In this document: positions 26,753-36,421 of the stretch, in pieces
How the letters are laid out: each line of letters begins with the position of its first letter
Position numbering within the stretch: position 1 is the stretch's first letter
Made by a program: the position numbers and the translations under genes
The notes under the pieces: model-generated
What the model was told of the DNA's origin: nothing
The model's input: the letters and a program-made list of their open reading frames with translations, nothing else
The model's database searches: none
DNA from: Holophagaceae bacterium
Lineage (GTDB): Bacteria; Acidobacteriota; Holophagae; Holophagales; Holophagaceae
Direction: 5' to 3'
DNA: 37,663 nt
Assembly: GCA_003158505.1 (NCBI GenBank)
Contig: PMJK01000047.1
Location: 10,435 to 48,097, forward strand

Positions 26753-28462
26753 ATGCGCTTTACCACCCGCTCCCTGAACCCCCTGGCCCTGCCGGCGGGT
26801 CTCAGCATCCTGGCCCTGCTCACCGCCTGCGGCGGCAGCGGTTCCTCAAGCCCTGCTGGCGTCGTGGCACCTCCCACGGGAACAGCCAATGTCCTGATCA
26901 CGGACGCCCCTTCCGACGACTGGAGCACCCTCCAGGTGCAGGTGACGAAGGTCACCCTGGTGCATCAGGAAGATCACTCCAAGGAAGAAATTGCCTTCAG
27001 CGGCAATGCCACCATCAACCTGGTGGACATGGACAGCATCGGCGAGCTGCTGGCGGCGGCCCAGATTCCCGTCGGCAGTTACGACCTGATGCGGGTCTCC
27101 GTCAACACGGACCCCACCACCATGAGCATCATCCCCGAGGGAAGCTCAACGCCCGTGCCTTCCAGCCAGATCCATATTGTGGGCAGCGGCGTCATTCCCG
27201 TGGCCATCAGTCCGGTCCTGTCGGTCACCTCGGGCGGGAGCAATGCCGTCCAGGTGGACTTCGACCTGGCCCATCCTCTCTTCATCAACCAGACGCCCAC
27301 CGGCGACGTGGTGCTCAACTTCCAGCTCAAGTTCCGGCCCAACCCATCCGCCCTGCATCTGATCCAACTGCACCGCAATGTGGGCGCCATCACGAGCCTC
27401 AACGCTACCGCGGGCACCTTCCTGATGCACACGGTGCACGGTCGCGACCTCACTCTCAGCACGGACCTGAACACGAAATTCTACGATGTGGACAACCGCC
27501 CCTTCTCCGTCGGCAGCTTCTCTGGTCTGGCCGCCGCAGACGCGGTGATGGTCGCCTCTCGCCTGCAGGACGACGGCAGCCTCTATGCCGTGCGGGTCTG
27601 GTACTGCACGACCGCCAACGCCGCCAACCTGCCCATCGCGACCTGGTCGCCCGAAGGCCACGTCGTGAGCGTGAACACCACCAACAACAGCATGCTCGTG
27701 GACAATGCCGACGGCCATCCCCGCACCATCGACATCGACAGTGACACGGCCTTCACCTTCCAGCAGTCCGTGACCATCGGCACGGGCCAGTCCTACCTCG
27801 CCGACGTGAGCCATGGATTCAAGGTCACCGTCGACGTGAAGGACCCGCTGGCCAGGCCCATGCACGCCAGCACGGTGAACATCGAGCGGGCCGTGGATAG
27901 CGGATACATCGACAGCTCCACCACGTCCACCACTCTCACCTACGGTCAGGCTTATATGAATAACTTCCGTCACTACGCCTACGGGCCCGCTTTCAGCTGG
28001 TGGGACTACGCCCAGCCCAGTTCCGCCTCCACCAGTGTCAATGCCTTTGTGGCCGCACTGACGGGGGTAGGCACCACCCGCGTGATGGGCATCAGTAGCC
28101 TGACCTGGGACCCTGCCACCGCTCTCTGGGATGCGAATACGGCCGTTCTCCTGCCCGTCGCCCTGCCCGTGGCCACCATCGTGCAGAGCTACAACGCAGC
28201 TACGGGGACGATGCAGATCTCCTACACGGATCCCATCACCGCCAGCGTCGTGACAAAGACCATCGATCTCACGTCCGCCGCGGGAGGAGGGCAGACCCTG
28301 GTGATGAAGGTCGTCCGGCAGAACGGCGTAATCACCTCGGGATTGGACGATCCTGCAAATTGGGCTGCGGACCTCATCACCAGCGCCACCAAGGTCTGGG
28401 TCACCGTGGTGCCCCAGGCCGATGGCACCCTGGCCGCCTATAGCGTGGTCGTCCTGGAATAG
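26753..28462 (+). CDS. Lipoprotein with DUF4382 domain followed by DUF5666-like beta domains
   Basis: GGAGG RBS; lipobox LLTAC-GGSG; VLITDAP, IPVGSY, VDFDL typical of DUF4382; Thr/Ser-rich beta-strand repeats. Confidence 0.8.
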   Translation: MRFTTRSLNPLALPAGLSILALLTACGGSGSSSPAGVVAPPTGTANVLITDAPSDDWSTLQVQVTKVTLVHQEDHSKEEIAFSGNATINLVDMDSIGELLAAAQIPVGSYDLMRVSVNTDPTTMSIIPEGSSTPVPSSQIHIVGSGVIPVAISPVLSVTSGGSNAVQVDFDLAHPLFINQTPTGDVVLNFQLKFRPNPSALHLIQLHRNVGAITSLNATAGTFLMHTVHGRDLTLSTDLNTKFYDVDNRPFSVGSFSGLAAADAVMVASRLQDDGSLYAVRVWYCTTANAANLPIATWSPEGHVVSVNTTNNSMLVDNADGHPRTIDIDSDTAFTFQQSVTIGTGQSYLADVSHGFKVTVDVKDPLARPMHASTVNIERAVDSGYIDSSTTSTTLTYGQAYMNNFRHYAYGPAFSWWDYAQPSSASTSVNAFVAALTGVGTTRVMGISSLTWDPATALWDANTAVLLPVALPVATIVQSYNAATGTMQISYTDPITASVVTKTIDLTSAAGGGQTLVMKVVRQNGVITSGLDDPANWAADLITSATKVWVTVVPQADGTLAAYSVVVLE

Positions 28463-28480
28463 CGAACGGGTTCATGCTTG

Positions 28481-28507
28481 AAAGCGGCGCCCCCGGGCGC
28501 CGCTTTT
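28481..28507. terminator. Bidirectional rho-independent terminator
   Basis: AAAGCGGCGCCC-CC-GGGCGCCGCTTTT GC-rich stem with A/T tails between convergent genes. Confidence 0.8.
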
Positions 28508-28539
28508 ATGTCGAGCGCAGTGGCGGCGCAAAGGGTGAA

Positions 28540-29703
28540 TCAGGCCCAGGCGGTGATCGCCCCGACATTGAAGCTGGGATGCCGGTCCATGAGGGGGCGG
28601 GGCGGAGGGATGGATCCGATGTCGTGGAAACCCGCATGCGCCAGGGCGCGCACCCACGCTTCGGGCGTGAGGAAGCCGTGGACGGGTCGCCACCGGGGGT
28701 CCAGTTCCACGTCCGTGAAGCTCCGGATGAAGGAGAAGAAGAATTCCAGGTAGATGGGGTGCTCCAGGGATGGTTTGAGGCATTCGCCCAGGATCAGGCG
28801 GCCACCCTTCCGAAGCCGGGTCCGCAGGTCCTGGAGCACCGTCTCCAGGTTCCTGGCCACATGCACCACATTGATGCCGATGATGACATCCAGGCTCCCG
28901 GCGGCGATGCCCTGGTCCCCCAGGGAGCGGTTCAGATCCAGGGTTTGAAAGGCCAGGGGCAGCACCGGTAATTCCGCCGTCAGGTCCCGCTGGGCCCGCC
29001 GCAGGAAAGCTGGGGCCACGTCCGTGAACCGGTACTCGGCGATGCGGTCCAGCCAGCCCTCCTCGACCCCCCGGTGGGCCACCAGCCGGGCGAAGGAACC
29101 TGCCCCCGCCCCCAGTTCCAGGATCCGGGTGCCCGGGGTCAGGCCCTGGCGGAGGGCCAGCAGCGTGAGCAGGTTGTTGGGGTAGTAGACCAGGTTGTCG
29201 TTGCGGAAATAGGCCAGCCACAAGGGGAACAGGGTCAGATCGAAGAGCAGCGCGTCCCCCGCCTTGCCTTCCGTGAAGAAGGGCCGGATGCGCGACCGGA
29301 CCCCGTCCAAAAGATCGAAGTTGACGCCGTGGCCGGGAGCCTCGATGTCCACGGCTTCGCGGATGCCAGCGAGATCCAGGTCCGGAACCCCGTTCAGCGC
29401 GTAGACACCGCCATCGCATCGGAGCAGGCCTTCGGACACAAGGAACGGCAGCATCCAGGCCAGGGGTTTGCGAGCCTGGTCGGGCAGGCCCTGGCAGAGC
29501 CCATCGAGGGTGGTGCCGACCCGAAGGCGGTCTTCCCATCCCAGATCGAAGAGCAGCAGCAGGCAGATCCGAGCTGTGTACAAGGACGAGGCCCGGTGCA
29601 GCACCAGGAAGGGGCGGGTCAGGAGGGGCATGATCTCCGGCCCCTGCGGCCCCAACAGGTCAAGGCTGGGTGGAGCCTCGATGGGGCCGAGGCGATGAAC
29701 CAT
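28540..29703 (-). CDS. Class I SAM-dependent methyltransferase (Methyltransf_12, PKS C-methyltransferase-like)
   Basis: ILELGAGAGS, YRFTDVAPAF, LDLN..L..QG, DVIIGINVVH, LRKGGRLILGE; start overlaps prs stop (TGATG). Confidence 0.85.
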   Translation of the reverse strand: MVHRLGPIEAPPSLDLLGPQGPEIMPLLTRPFLVLHRASSLYTARICLLLLFDLGWEDRLRVGTTLDGLCQGLPDQARKPLAWMLPFLVSEGLLRCDGGVYALNGVPDLDLAGIREAVDIEAPGHGVNFDLLDGVRSRIRPFFTEGKAGDALLFDLTLFPLWLAYFRNDNLVYYPNNLLTLLALRQGLTPGTRILELGAGAGSFARLVAHRGVEEGWLDRIAEYRFTDVAPAFLRRAQRDLTAELPVLPLAFQTLDLNRSLGDQGIAAGSLDVIIGINVVHVARNLETVLQDLRTRLRKGGRLILGECLKPSLEHPIYLEFFFSFIRSFTDVELDPRWRPVHGFLTPEAWVRALAHAGFHDIGSIPPPRPLMDRHPSFNVGAITAWA

Positions 29704-30650
29704 CAGTCCATCATTTCGCTGATGCTCCGTCCTCCGTGGATGCGCAGGATCGCGTCACCGAAGAGCGCCGCGGTGGATAGCACCTTGAGGTTGGGCAATT
29801 GCCTGGCGCGCTCCGGCGAAACGGGAATGCTGTCGGTGACCACCAGCTCGTCGAGGTTGGCGGAATTCAGGGTCTCCAGCGCGCTGCCAGAAAACACCGG
29901 GTGCGTGACGCCCACTCGCACGGAACGGGCGCCCAGCTCGCGGAGGATGCGGGCGGCCTCCTTGATGGAACCACCGGTGGCGATCTCATCGTCGTAGATG
30001 ATGGCATCCCGGTTCTTCACGTCACCGATGAGGGCCACGCTCTGGGCCTTTTCGGAGTCGTCGAAGCGGCGCTTGTCGATGATGGCCATGGGTACGGAGA
30101 GGCGCTTGGCGAAGTGGCCCGCGAACTTGGCCGCGCCGGCGTCCGTGGCCACCACCGTGGTATTCGAAAGGTCCTTGGTCTTGAAGTAGTTCGAGAGGAT
30201 GGGCGTGGCCAGCAGCTGGTCCGCCGGCTTGCGGAAGAAGCCCAGGATCTGGGGGGCATGCAGCGTCATGGTCAGCACGCGGTCCGCCCCTGCGGTTTCC
30301 AGCAGGTCAGCCACCAGCCGGGCCGTGATGGAAATGCGCGCCTCGTCCTTCTTGTCGCTCCGGGCATAGGGGAAATAGGGCAGCACCGCCGTGATGCGGG
30401 CGGCGGAAGCGAACTTCAGGGCGTCGATGAGGATGAGCAGTTCCATCAGGTTGTCGCTGACGGGAGGGCAGGAGGACTGGATGACGAAGACATCCGCCTC
30501 TCGGACGTTCTCCTCGACCTTCACCTTGATGTTCTCGTTGGAGAACCGCGTCACCTTGAGGCGGCCCAGCGGCATGCCCATGTGGGTAGCGATACCGCTC
30601 GCCAGGTCCGGGTGGCTGCTCCCGGAAAAGACCTTCATCTCGCCGAACAT
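29703..30650 (-). CDS. prs: Ribose-phosphate pyrophosphokinase
   Basis: FSNEN, NLMELLILIDALK, PYFPYARSDKK, LHAPQI, DKRR, DDEIATGGS, THPVFS; ATG 30650 after GGGGGA. Confidence 0.95.
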   Translation of the reverse strand: MFGEMKVFSGSSHPDLASGIATHMGMPLGRLKVTRFSNENIKVKVEENVREADVFVIQSSCPPVSDNLMELLILIDALKFASAARITAVLPYFPYARSDKKDEARISITARLVADLLETAGADRVLTMTLHAPQILGFFRKPADQLLATPILSNYFKTKDLSNTTVVATDAGAAKFAGHFAKRLSVPMAIIDKRRFDDSEKAQSVALIGDVKNRDAIIYDDEIATGGSIKEAARILRELGARSVRVGVTHPVFSGSALETLNSANLDELVVTDSIPVSPERARQLPNLKVLSTAALFGDAILRIHGGRSISEMMD

Positions 30651-30705
30651 GGATCCCCCGATCGTAAATTCAGTGTAACCCACCGACCGAATTCTTGAGG
30701 GCCGC

Positions 30706-31248
30706 CTAGCTTTTCTGCCGCGTCTTGATGGGGGAGACGAAGCGGTAATCGATGTCCCAAGGGAAGTAGATCCACTCCTCCTGCCGGAATTCCCGGACAA
30801 AGGTGTCGACAATGGGACGGCCCAGGGGTTTGGCATAGATGGTGGCGAAGTGGGCCTTGGGCAGCCGCTCGCGCACGGCCCGGGCGGTCTTGCCGGTATC
30901 CACCAGGTCGTCGATGAGCAGCCAGCCATCACCATCGCCATCGATGCTCTTCAGCCAGCGCAGCGCCCCTTGGGCCTGCTCGGCCTGGCCATCCTCGGAG
31001 GCCCCGTAGCTGACCACGCAGACCGTGTCGATGAGCCGGATTTCCAGTTCCCGGGCGATGAGGGCCGCAGGTACGAGCCCGCCCCGGGTGATGGCGATGA
31101 TGCCCTTCCAGTCGCCGAGGTCGTGCAGCACCCGCGACAGGTAGCGGGTGTCGCGGTGCAGTTCGGGCCAGCTGATCACCACCTGGCCCTGGTAGGGGTC
31201 GCTGGGGTGCCGAGAGGCTCCGGTGCCTGGATTCGGTTCGGTCGTCAT
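30706..31248 (-). CDS. gpt: Xanthine(-guanine) phosphoribosyltransferase
   Basis: WKGIIAITRGGLVPA..ARELEIRLIDTVC..SY, LIDDLVDTGKT, HFATIYAKP, WIYFPWD. Confidence 0.93.
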   Translation of the reverse strand: MTTEPNPGTGASRHPSDPYQGQVVISWPELHRDTRYLSRVLHDLGDWKGIIAITRGGLVPAALIARELEIRLIDTVCVVSYGASEDGQAEQAQGALRWLKSIDGDGDGWLLIDDLVDTGKTARAVRERLPKAHFATIYAKPLGRPIVDTFVREFRQEEWIYFPWDIDYRFVSPIKTRQKS

Positions 31249-31285
31249 GGGTTTCTCTCTCGATGGGTTGATGGGGATGCTGAGC

Positions 31286-32587
31286 CTAGACTTTGCCGCC
31301 GCCAACCCGTTCGATGTGTGCGCCGACGCCCTGGAGTTTCTTCTCGAGTCCCGAGTAGCCGCGGTCCAGGTGATAGATGCGGTCCACGATCGTCTCGCCC
31401 CTGCATACGAGACCTGCGATCACCAGGGCGGCGCTGGCCCGGAGGTCCGTGGCCATCACGGTGCAGCCGGTCAGGTCCGCGGGGCCCGCGACGATGGCCG
31501 TGTGGCCGTCCGTGCGCAGGTTCGCGCCCAGGCGCTCCAGCTCCATGGCGTGCTGGAATCGGTTCTCGAAGATGCCTTCGTTGATGACGCTGATGCCGCA
31601 GGCCTGGGTCATGACGGCCATGACCTGGGCCTGCAGGTCCGTGGGGAAGCCTGGGAAGGGCAGGGTGGTCACATCCTTGGAACGCAGCTTCTGACCAGGT
31701 TCCCGCTGGATGCGGAGCTGGCGGCCATCTTGGCCCTCCCGCTCGGTGATGACGCAACCCGACCGTTCCAGCAGGTCCAGCAGGGAGCGCAGGTGTTCTG
31801 GCTCGCAGCGGTCCAGCACCACGTCGCCGCAGGCGGCGGCCACGGCGCAGAGGTAGGTGCCAGCCTCGATGCGGTCGGGAATCACCGCGTGCTCGCAGCC
31901 ATGGAGGCTCGCCACGCCGGTGATGGTCAAGGTCCCGGTGCCGATGCCCTCGATCTGCGCGCCCATGCTGACGAGGAGCTGAGCCAGATCACCGATCTCG
32001 GGTTCCAGGGCGGCGTTCCGCAGGATCGTGGTGCCCTCGGCCAGCGAGGCGGCCATGAGGATGTTCTCGGTGGCGCCCACGCTCACTTTCTCGAAGGTGT
32101 GGTCGATGGCCTTCAGGCGCCCTTTCACGGAGGCATGGATGTAGCCGTGGCTGATTTCAATCCGAGCGCCCATGCGCTCCAGAGCTTCCAGGTGCAGGTT
32201 CACGGGCCGCGCGCCGATGGCGCACCCACCGGGCAAGCTCACGGTGGCCTTGCCGAAGCGGGCGAGCAGGGGCCCCAGCACCAGGATGGAGGCCCGCATG
32301 GTCTTCACCAGATCGTAGGGCGCCTTGGGATCCTCGCTGCCGGCGCAAGCCAGCTTCGCGGTCAGTTCGAAACCCTCCTCTTCGGGCGTCAGGGTGGCTT
32401 CCGTGCCCAGGGCCTGAAGCACCTTCACCATGGTGCGGATGTCGGCCACCGCCGGCAGATTGGACAGGACGATGGGGTCCGGCGTCAGCAAGGCCGCGGC
32501 CAGGCAGGGCAGGGCCGCATTCTTCGCGCCCGACACCCGGATGCGCCCCCACAGGGGATGTCCACCTTGGATCACCAGTCGGTCCAT
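31286..32587 (-). CDS. murA: UDP-N-acetylglucosamine 1-carboxyvinyltransferase
   Basis: SGAKNAALP, MRASILVLGPL, LPGGCAIGARP (active-site Cys present), SVGATEN, PDRIEAGT, FPTDLQAQ, TDLRA, HLDRGY. Confidence 0.97.
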   Translation of the reverse strand: MDRLVIQGGHPLWGRIRVSGAKNAALPCLAAALLTPDPIVLSNLPAVADIRTMVKVLQALGTEATLTPEEEGFELTAKLACAGSEDPKAPYDLVKTMRASILVLGPLLARFGKATVSLPGGCAIGARPVNLHLEALERMGARIEISHGYIHASVKGRLKAIDHTFEKVSVGATENILMAASLAEGTTILRNAALEPEIGDLAQLLVSMGAQIEGIGTGTLTITGVASLHGCEHAVIPDRIEAGTYLCAVAAACGDVVLDRCEPEHLRSLLDLLERSGCVITEREGQDGRQLRIQREPGQKLRSKDVTTLPFPGFPTDLQAQVMAVMTQACGISVINEGIFENRFQHAMELERLGANLRTDGHTAIVAGPADLTGCTVMATDLRASAALVIAGLVCRGETIVDRIYHLDRGYSGLEKKLQGVGAHIERVGGGKV

Positions 32588-32846
32588 CGAAACTCCAGCC
32601 CTCCAGCGTAGCCCAACCTTGCAGGCCCCGGTGGAGCGGCCTATCCAGGCAGGACCAATGCAGCGGCTCGCCGCACTGACCAGATGTCACGGCGGCGCTC
32701 CTGCATCAAAGCGAGGCCGAGCCCAATGGCTGGGTTTGAACGGAACTGAATGAAATAATCGGCATGCATTCAGACTATTTTTCGTTTTTATCATTGGTGA
32801 TAGGGTAGCCCTCCGCTCAAGCCTGAGCCCTTTAAAGGAGGCAGTT

Positions 32847-33455
32847 ATGTATTCAAGACACCTTCTTTCGCGCGTGCTGATCGGCAGTCTCGCCTTGACT
32901 CTGCCGCTCCTGGCCCAGGAGACCAAGGCGAAGGCCCCCACGGCCGAGCAGCAGGCCTTGATGCAGGCCTGGCGGAAGGCCGCGACGCCCGGCCCCAACC
33001 ATCAGCTCCTCGGCTCGCTCACGGGGGAATGGACCTTCGCCACCAAGATGTGGATGGAACCAGGGGCTCCGCCCGAGAACTCCACGGGCACTGCCGTCTA
33101 CACACCACTGATGGATGGACGATATATCCAGGGGGATTACAAGGGCACCTTCGGTGGGATGGCCTTCCAGGGGCTCGGTCTCACGGGCTACGACAACGTG
33201 GCCCAGCATTTCACCGCCACCTGGGCCGACAACATGGGCACGTCCATCACGCTGATGACCGGCAGCTATGACCCCGCCACCAGGACCTTTACCTACCTGG
33301 GCGACATGGACGACATGATGAAGCCAGGCGTGAAGGTGAAGGTTCGCCAGAACGTGAAGATCCTGAGCGCCGATTCCCACGTCATGGAGTGGTACGAAAC
33401 GCGGGGCGCCAAGGAGATCAAGACCATGGAGATCACCTATAACCGGCAGAAATAA
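32847..33455 (+). CDS. DUF1579 domain exported protein
   Basis: AAGGAGG RBS, signal peptide, ATPGPNHQLL..GEW, GLTGYDN, WADNMGT, MEITYNR. Confidence 0.85.
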   Translation: MYSRHLLSRVLIGSLALTLPLLAQETKAKAPTAEQQALMQAWRKAATPGPNHQLLGSLTGEWTFATKMWMEPGAPPENSTGTAVYTPLMDGRYIQGDYKGTFGGMAFQGLGLTGYDNVAQHFTATWADNMGTSITLMTGSYDPATRTFTYLGDMDDMMKPGVKVKVRQNVKILSADSHVMEWYETRGAKEIKTMEITYNRQK

Positions 33456-33801
33456 AGGGGGGTTCCCCACTTGGCTGAATCCCAGCCGACATGAGGCTTC
33501 CAGTCATTCAGTGGAGTCCGCCCATGGCATCGCGCTCCCCCGCCGAGATTCGCGCCACGAGCCGCCGGATCTCGGCGGCGGATTACCTGGGCACGATCCG
33601 TTCCTAGTGGTACCCGCGCGAAATAGCTGGATCATCCAGCCTGCTTATGGGCACCACGGCCCCATTGCCAAGGCGCCTCTATGGGGATATCCCGCAATTT
33701 TTTGCTGGCCCTCCGCCTTCGACCCTGGTCAAATTATAAAACAGACTCCGTTATCCACTATGCTTTTCGAAATCCTATCAATCGATTCAGGAGTGGTTCG
33801 C

Positions 33802-34371
33802 ATGTTGAATAATCAAGTCCCCACGGGAAACCCCGGAGTGGTCGGGTTGGCCGGCTTCGGTCTCACGACGATGCTTCTCCAGTTCCACAATGTGGGCTGG
33901 TGTGGCGTGGGCCCGATCATCGCGCTGGCCTTTGTCTTCGGTGGCCTGGCGCAGATGGTCGCCGGCTTCCAGGAGTTCAAGTGCGGGAACAACTTTGGCT
34001 ACAGCGCCTTCGTTTCCTACGGCGCCTTCTGGATTTCCCTCGGTGTCATTTTCATGCTGAACCATTTTAATATTTATCGATCCGAGACCAAGGATGTCGG
34101 GTGGTTCCTCGTGGGTTGGACGCTGTACACCTTCGTCATGTGGGTTCCATCGATGAAGATCCATGGCGCCATGGCGATCACTTTCACGCTTCTGCTGATC
34201 GGCTTCATCCTGTTGGACCTGGCCCATTTCGGTTTTCCGGACATGACCAAGGTCGCAGGATACGAGCTGATGCTTTGCGCCCTGTCGGCCTGGTACATGA
34301 TGGCCCATGCCATCTTCTCGCAGGTATTTGGGCGGGACGTGTTGCCGGTAGGCAAACCCTGGATCAACTGA
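33802..34371 (+). CDS. satP: Acetate/succinate uptake channel, GPR1/FUN34/YaaH (SatP) family
   Basis: CAGGAG RBS; GNPGVVGLAGFGLTT, FGGLAQ, GNNFGYSAFVSYGAFW; six TM; GR.VLPVG end. Confidence 0.88.
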   Translation: MLNNQVPTGNPGVVGLAGFGLTTMLLQFHNVGWCGVGPIIALAFVFGGLAQMVAGFQEFKCGNNFGYSAFVSYGAFWISLGVIFMLNHFNIYRSETKDVGWFLVGWTLYTFVMWVPSMKIHGAMAITFTLLLIGFILLDLAHFGFPDMTKVAGYELMLCALSAWYMMAHAIFSQVFGRDVLPVGKPWIN

Positions 34372-34439
34372 ACGTCGCCCGAGTCCTCAGTAGGATGACG
34401 GGCGGAAACACTTCTGATGAATGACCAAGGAGGATGTTT

Positions 34440-34919
34440 ATGAAGACATGGAATCTGTTGGCCACTCTGTTGATGACCCCGTGTTTTACGGTCAACGCCT
34501 GGGCCCAGCCATCGGCCACAAAAGAAGAATGCGTCCTCAAATGTCATGAAGCCGCAGCTCTGATCAACGTCAAGGGCCTGGCCATTGCGGCCAAAGAAAT
34601 CGGCGAACCGAAGGGGCCCTTTGTATGGAAGGACAGCTATGTATTCATGATGAACCTGGATGGCAAGATGCTGGCGCATCCCATGCAGCCCGAGCTCACC
34701 CAGCTTCCCCACTGCCTCTTGATCACCGATCCTACGGACAAGGCGATATTCGTGAATTTCGTCAACATGGCCCGCAATGTCGGTCAGGGGTGGGTGGAGT
34801 ACATGTGGCCTCGACCCGGCCAGAAGACGCCTTCGAAGAAGATCACCTACATCTACCGGGTTCCAGGGAAGGACGTCTTCGTGGGCGCCGGAGTGTATGT
34901 GGGCGGAATGATGTACTGA
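34440..34919 (+). CDS. Stand-alone exported single Cache (sCache_2-type) domain protein
   Basis: AAGGAGG RBS; signal peptide; F..KDSYVF, MLAHP, D.., GWVEYMWPRPG..K.TY, VGAGVY. Confidence 0.85.
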   Translation: MKTWNLLATLLMTPCFTVNAWAQPSATKEECVLKCHEAAALINVKGLAIAAKEIGEPKGPFVWKDSYVFMMNLDGKMLAHPMQPELTQLPHCLLITDPTDKAIFVNFVNMARNVGQGWVEYMWPRPGQKTPSKKITYIYRVPGKDVFVGAGVYVGGMMY

Positions 34920-34937
34920 ATCCTGGTACTGCCGGGC

Positions 34938-35870
34938 TCACGGGCGGGAAGAGCGCATGGGATTTCGCAGGGAACCGCCAAGCACGACACATCCCAGAGC
35001 GGCGGCGATCAGCCCGGTGCCGGCCCACTGCCAGCTGCTGATAGATTCATGAAGGGTGAACACGCCCGCGGCCAGGCCGATGATCGGAACCCCGAGGCTG
35101 AATGGAGCGACCCGATTGGCCGGATGGCGCATGAGCAGGCCTGTCCATAGCGCGTAGGCGACGATGGTCGACACCCAGCCGAGGTAGGCGACCGCGAGCC
35201 AACCGCCCCATGGCATCTCGAGCCACGCCCAGCGGACCGGCGCCGGGTCGAACAGAAGCGTCATCCCCAGGAACGGAAGGATCGGCACCAGGCTGCTCCA
35301 GACCATGAAAGGCACGATCTTGAAGGGTGCATTCGTTCCGCGCGCCCGGCGCACGATCAGATTGGAAGCTGCCCACATGGCCGCTGCCCCCAGCGTCAGG
35401 ACAAGGCCCGGCCACGTCGTGATCGACACTTGGGCGCGCAAGGAATGGACGATCTGCTCTGCGGCGATGCAGGCCAGGCCAAGGCCCGCGAGTACCAGTC
35501 CGATGACCAGGGGTCGGTCCGGCTTTTCACCCAGGAGGGCGAAGCAAAAGAAGGCGGTGAAGAAGACCTGAGTCTGCATGAGCACGGAGGCCAGAGCAGC
35601 GGTCATTCCCATGTGCAGGCCCGTGAACAGCAAGCCGAATTGGCCAACCCCCTGCAGAAGCCCGTAGCCAACCACCCAGACCCAGCGCACCTGGGGACGC
35701 GGCACCACAAGGATCAAGGGAAAGACCGCAAAGACGTACCGGGCGAGGCCCAACTGGAACGGTGTTAAGGCCCGCAGGCTGACCTTCATCACGACGAAAT
35801 TCGAGCCCCAGATGAGCATCACACCCAAGGCGGCCACGAAGTCAATGGCGCGAAAGCGGGAAGCGCTCAT
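34938..35870 (-). CDS. EamA family transporter (O-acetylserine/cysteine exporter EamA/YdeD-like)
   Basis: IWGSNFVVMK, GQFGLLF, LASVLMQTQVFFT, RVAPFSL; ten TM; ATG 35870 chosen. Confidence 0.88.
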   Translation of the reverse strand: MSASRFRAIDFVAALGVMLIWGSNFVVMKVSLRALTPFQLGLARYVFAVFPLILVVPRPQVRWVWVVGYGLLQGVGQFGLLFTGLHMGMTAALASVLMQTQVFFTAFFCFALLGEKPDRPLVIGLVLAGLGLACIAAEQIVHSLRAQVSITTWPGLVLTLGAAAMWAASNLIVRRARGTNAPFKIVPFMVWSSLVPILPFLGMTLLFDPAPVRWAWLEMPWGGWLAVAYLGWVSTIVAYALWTGLLMRHPANRVAPFSLGVPIIGLAAGVFTLHESISSWQWAGTGLIAAALGCVVLGGSLRNPMRSSRP

Positions 35871-35974
35871 GCGCCCGCCCCCAGGATGATGCAATGGATG
35901 GGATGGTTTATCGCGGTCTTCCATTCAAGGCCATTCGTTCTCTGCTTCGTGTCTTGCGGAGATTGGCGCCGGTT

Positions 35975-36406
35975 TCAGAGGATACGCCCCCGCAGGGCCT
36001 TCCGCGGAACCGCCCCCCAACTGCGCCCGTCCTGACTCTCGGGCCGGTTGTCTCCGAGGACCAGGTAGCCCGCACCACAGGCCTGCTGGCCCTCTCCGCC
36101 ACGTTCAGGATGGAGAACCCAGGGTTCTTCCTGCCGCTGGCCGTTGATCCATAGATCCGGGCCCCGCCAGACCACGACCTCACCGGGCAAGCCCAGCACC
36201 CGTTTCACAGAGGATCCACGCGGTCCTTCCACGACCCAGATCTCGCCGCGCCGGGGTGCGTGACCGGCCCATGTCCGCAAGGCCCAGCGCAGGTCGCCAT
36301 CGGCGAGGGCGGGTTCCATGCTATGCCCTATGACATGCACGGGGTGCACCACCCCAAACGGGGAAAGGACCAGAGCCAGGGCCGTGAGCGGGATCCAGGG
36401 ACGCAT
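35975..36406 (-). CDS. lepB: Signal peptidase I (S26), short single-TM form
   Basis: GHSMEPAL (catalytic Ser), VKRVLGLPGE (catalytic Lys), YLVLGDNR..SQDGR.WG. Confidence 0.88.
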   Translation of the reverse strand: MRPWIPLTALALVLSPFGVVHPVHVIGHSMEPALADGDLRWALRTWAGHAPRRGEIWVVEGPRGSSVKRVLGLPGEVVVWRGPDLWINGQRQEEPWVLHPERGGEGQQACGAGYLVLGDNRPESQDGRSWGAVPRKALRGRIL

Positions 36407-36421
36407 GGGTGAACCTGGCCC

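Noticed and set aside
30651-30941. N-terminal extension of prs in the ORF track (start 30941)
   Set aside because: Overlaps gpt in another frame; Prs homology begins at MFGEMKVF (30650).
33511-33801. Extended start of satP (GTG 33511)
   Set aside because: Upstream part is non-family, promoter-like sequence; RBS sits before ATG 33802.
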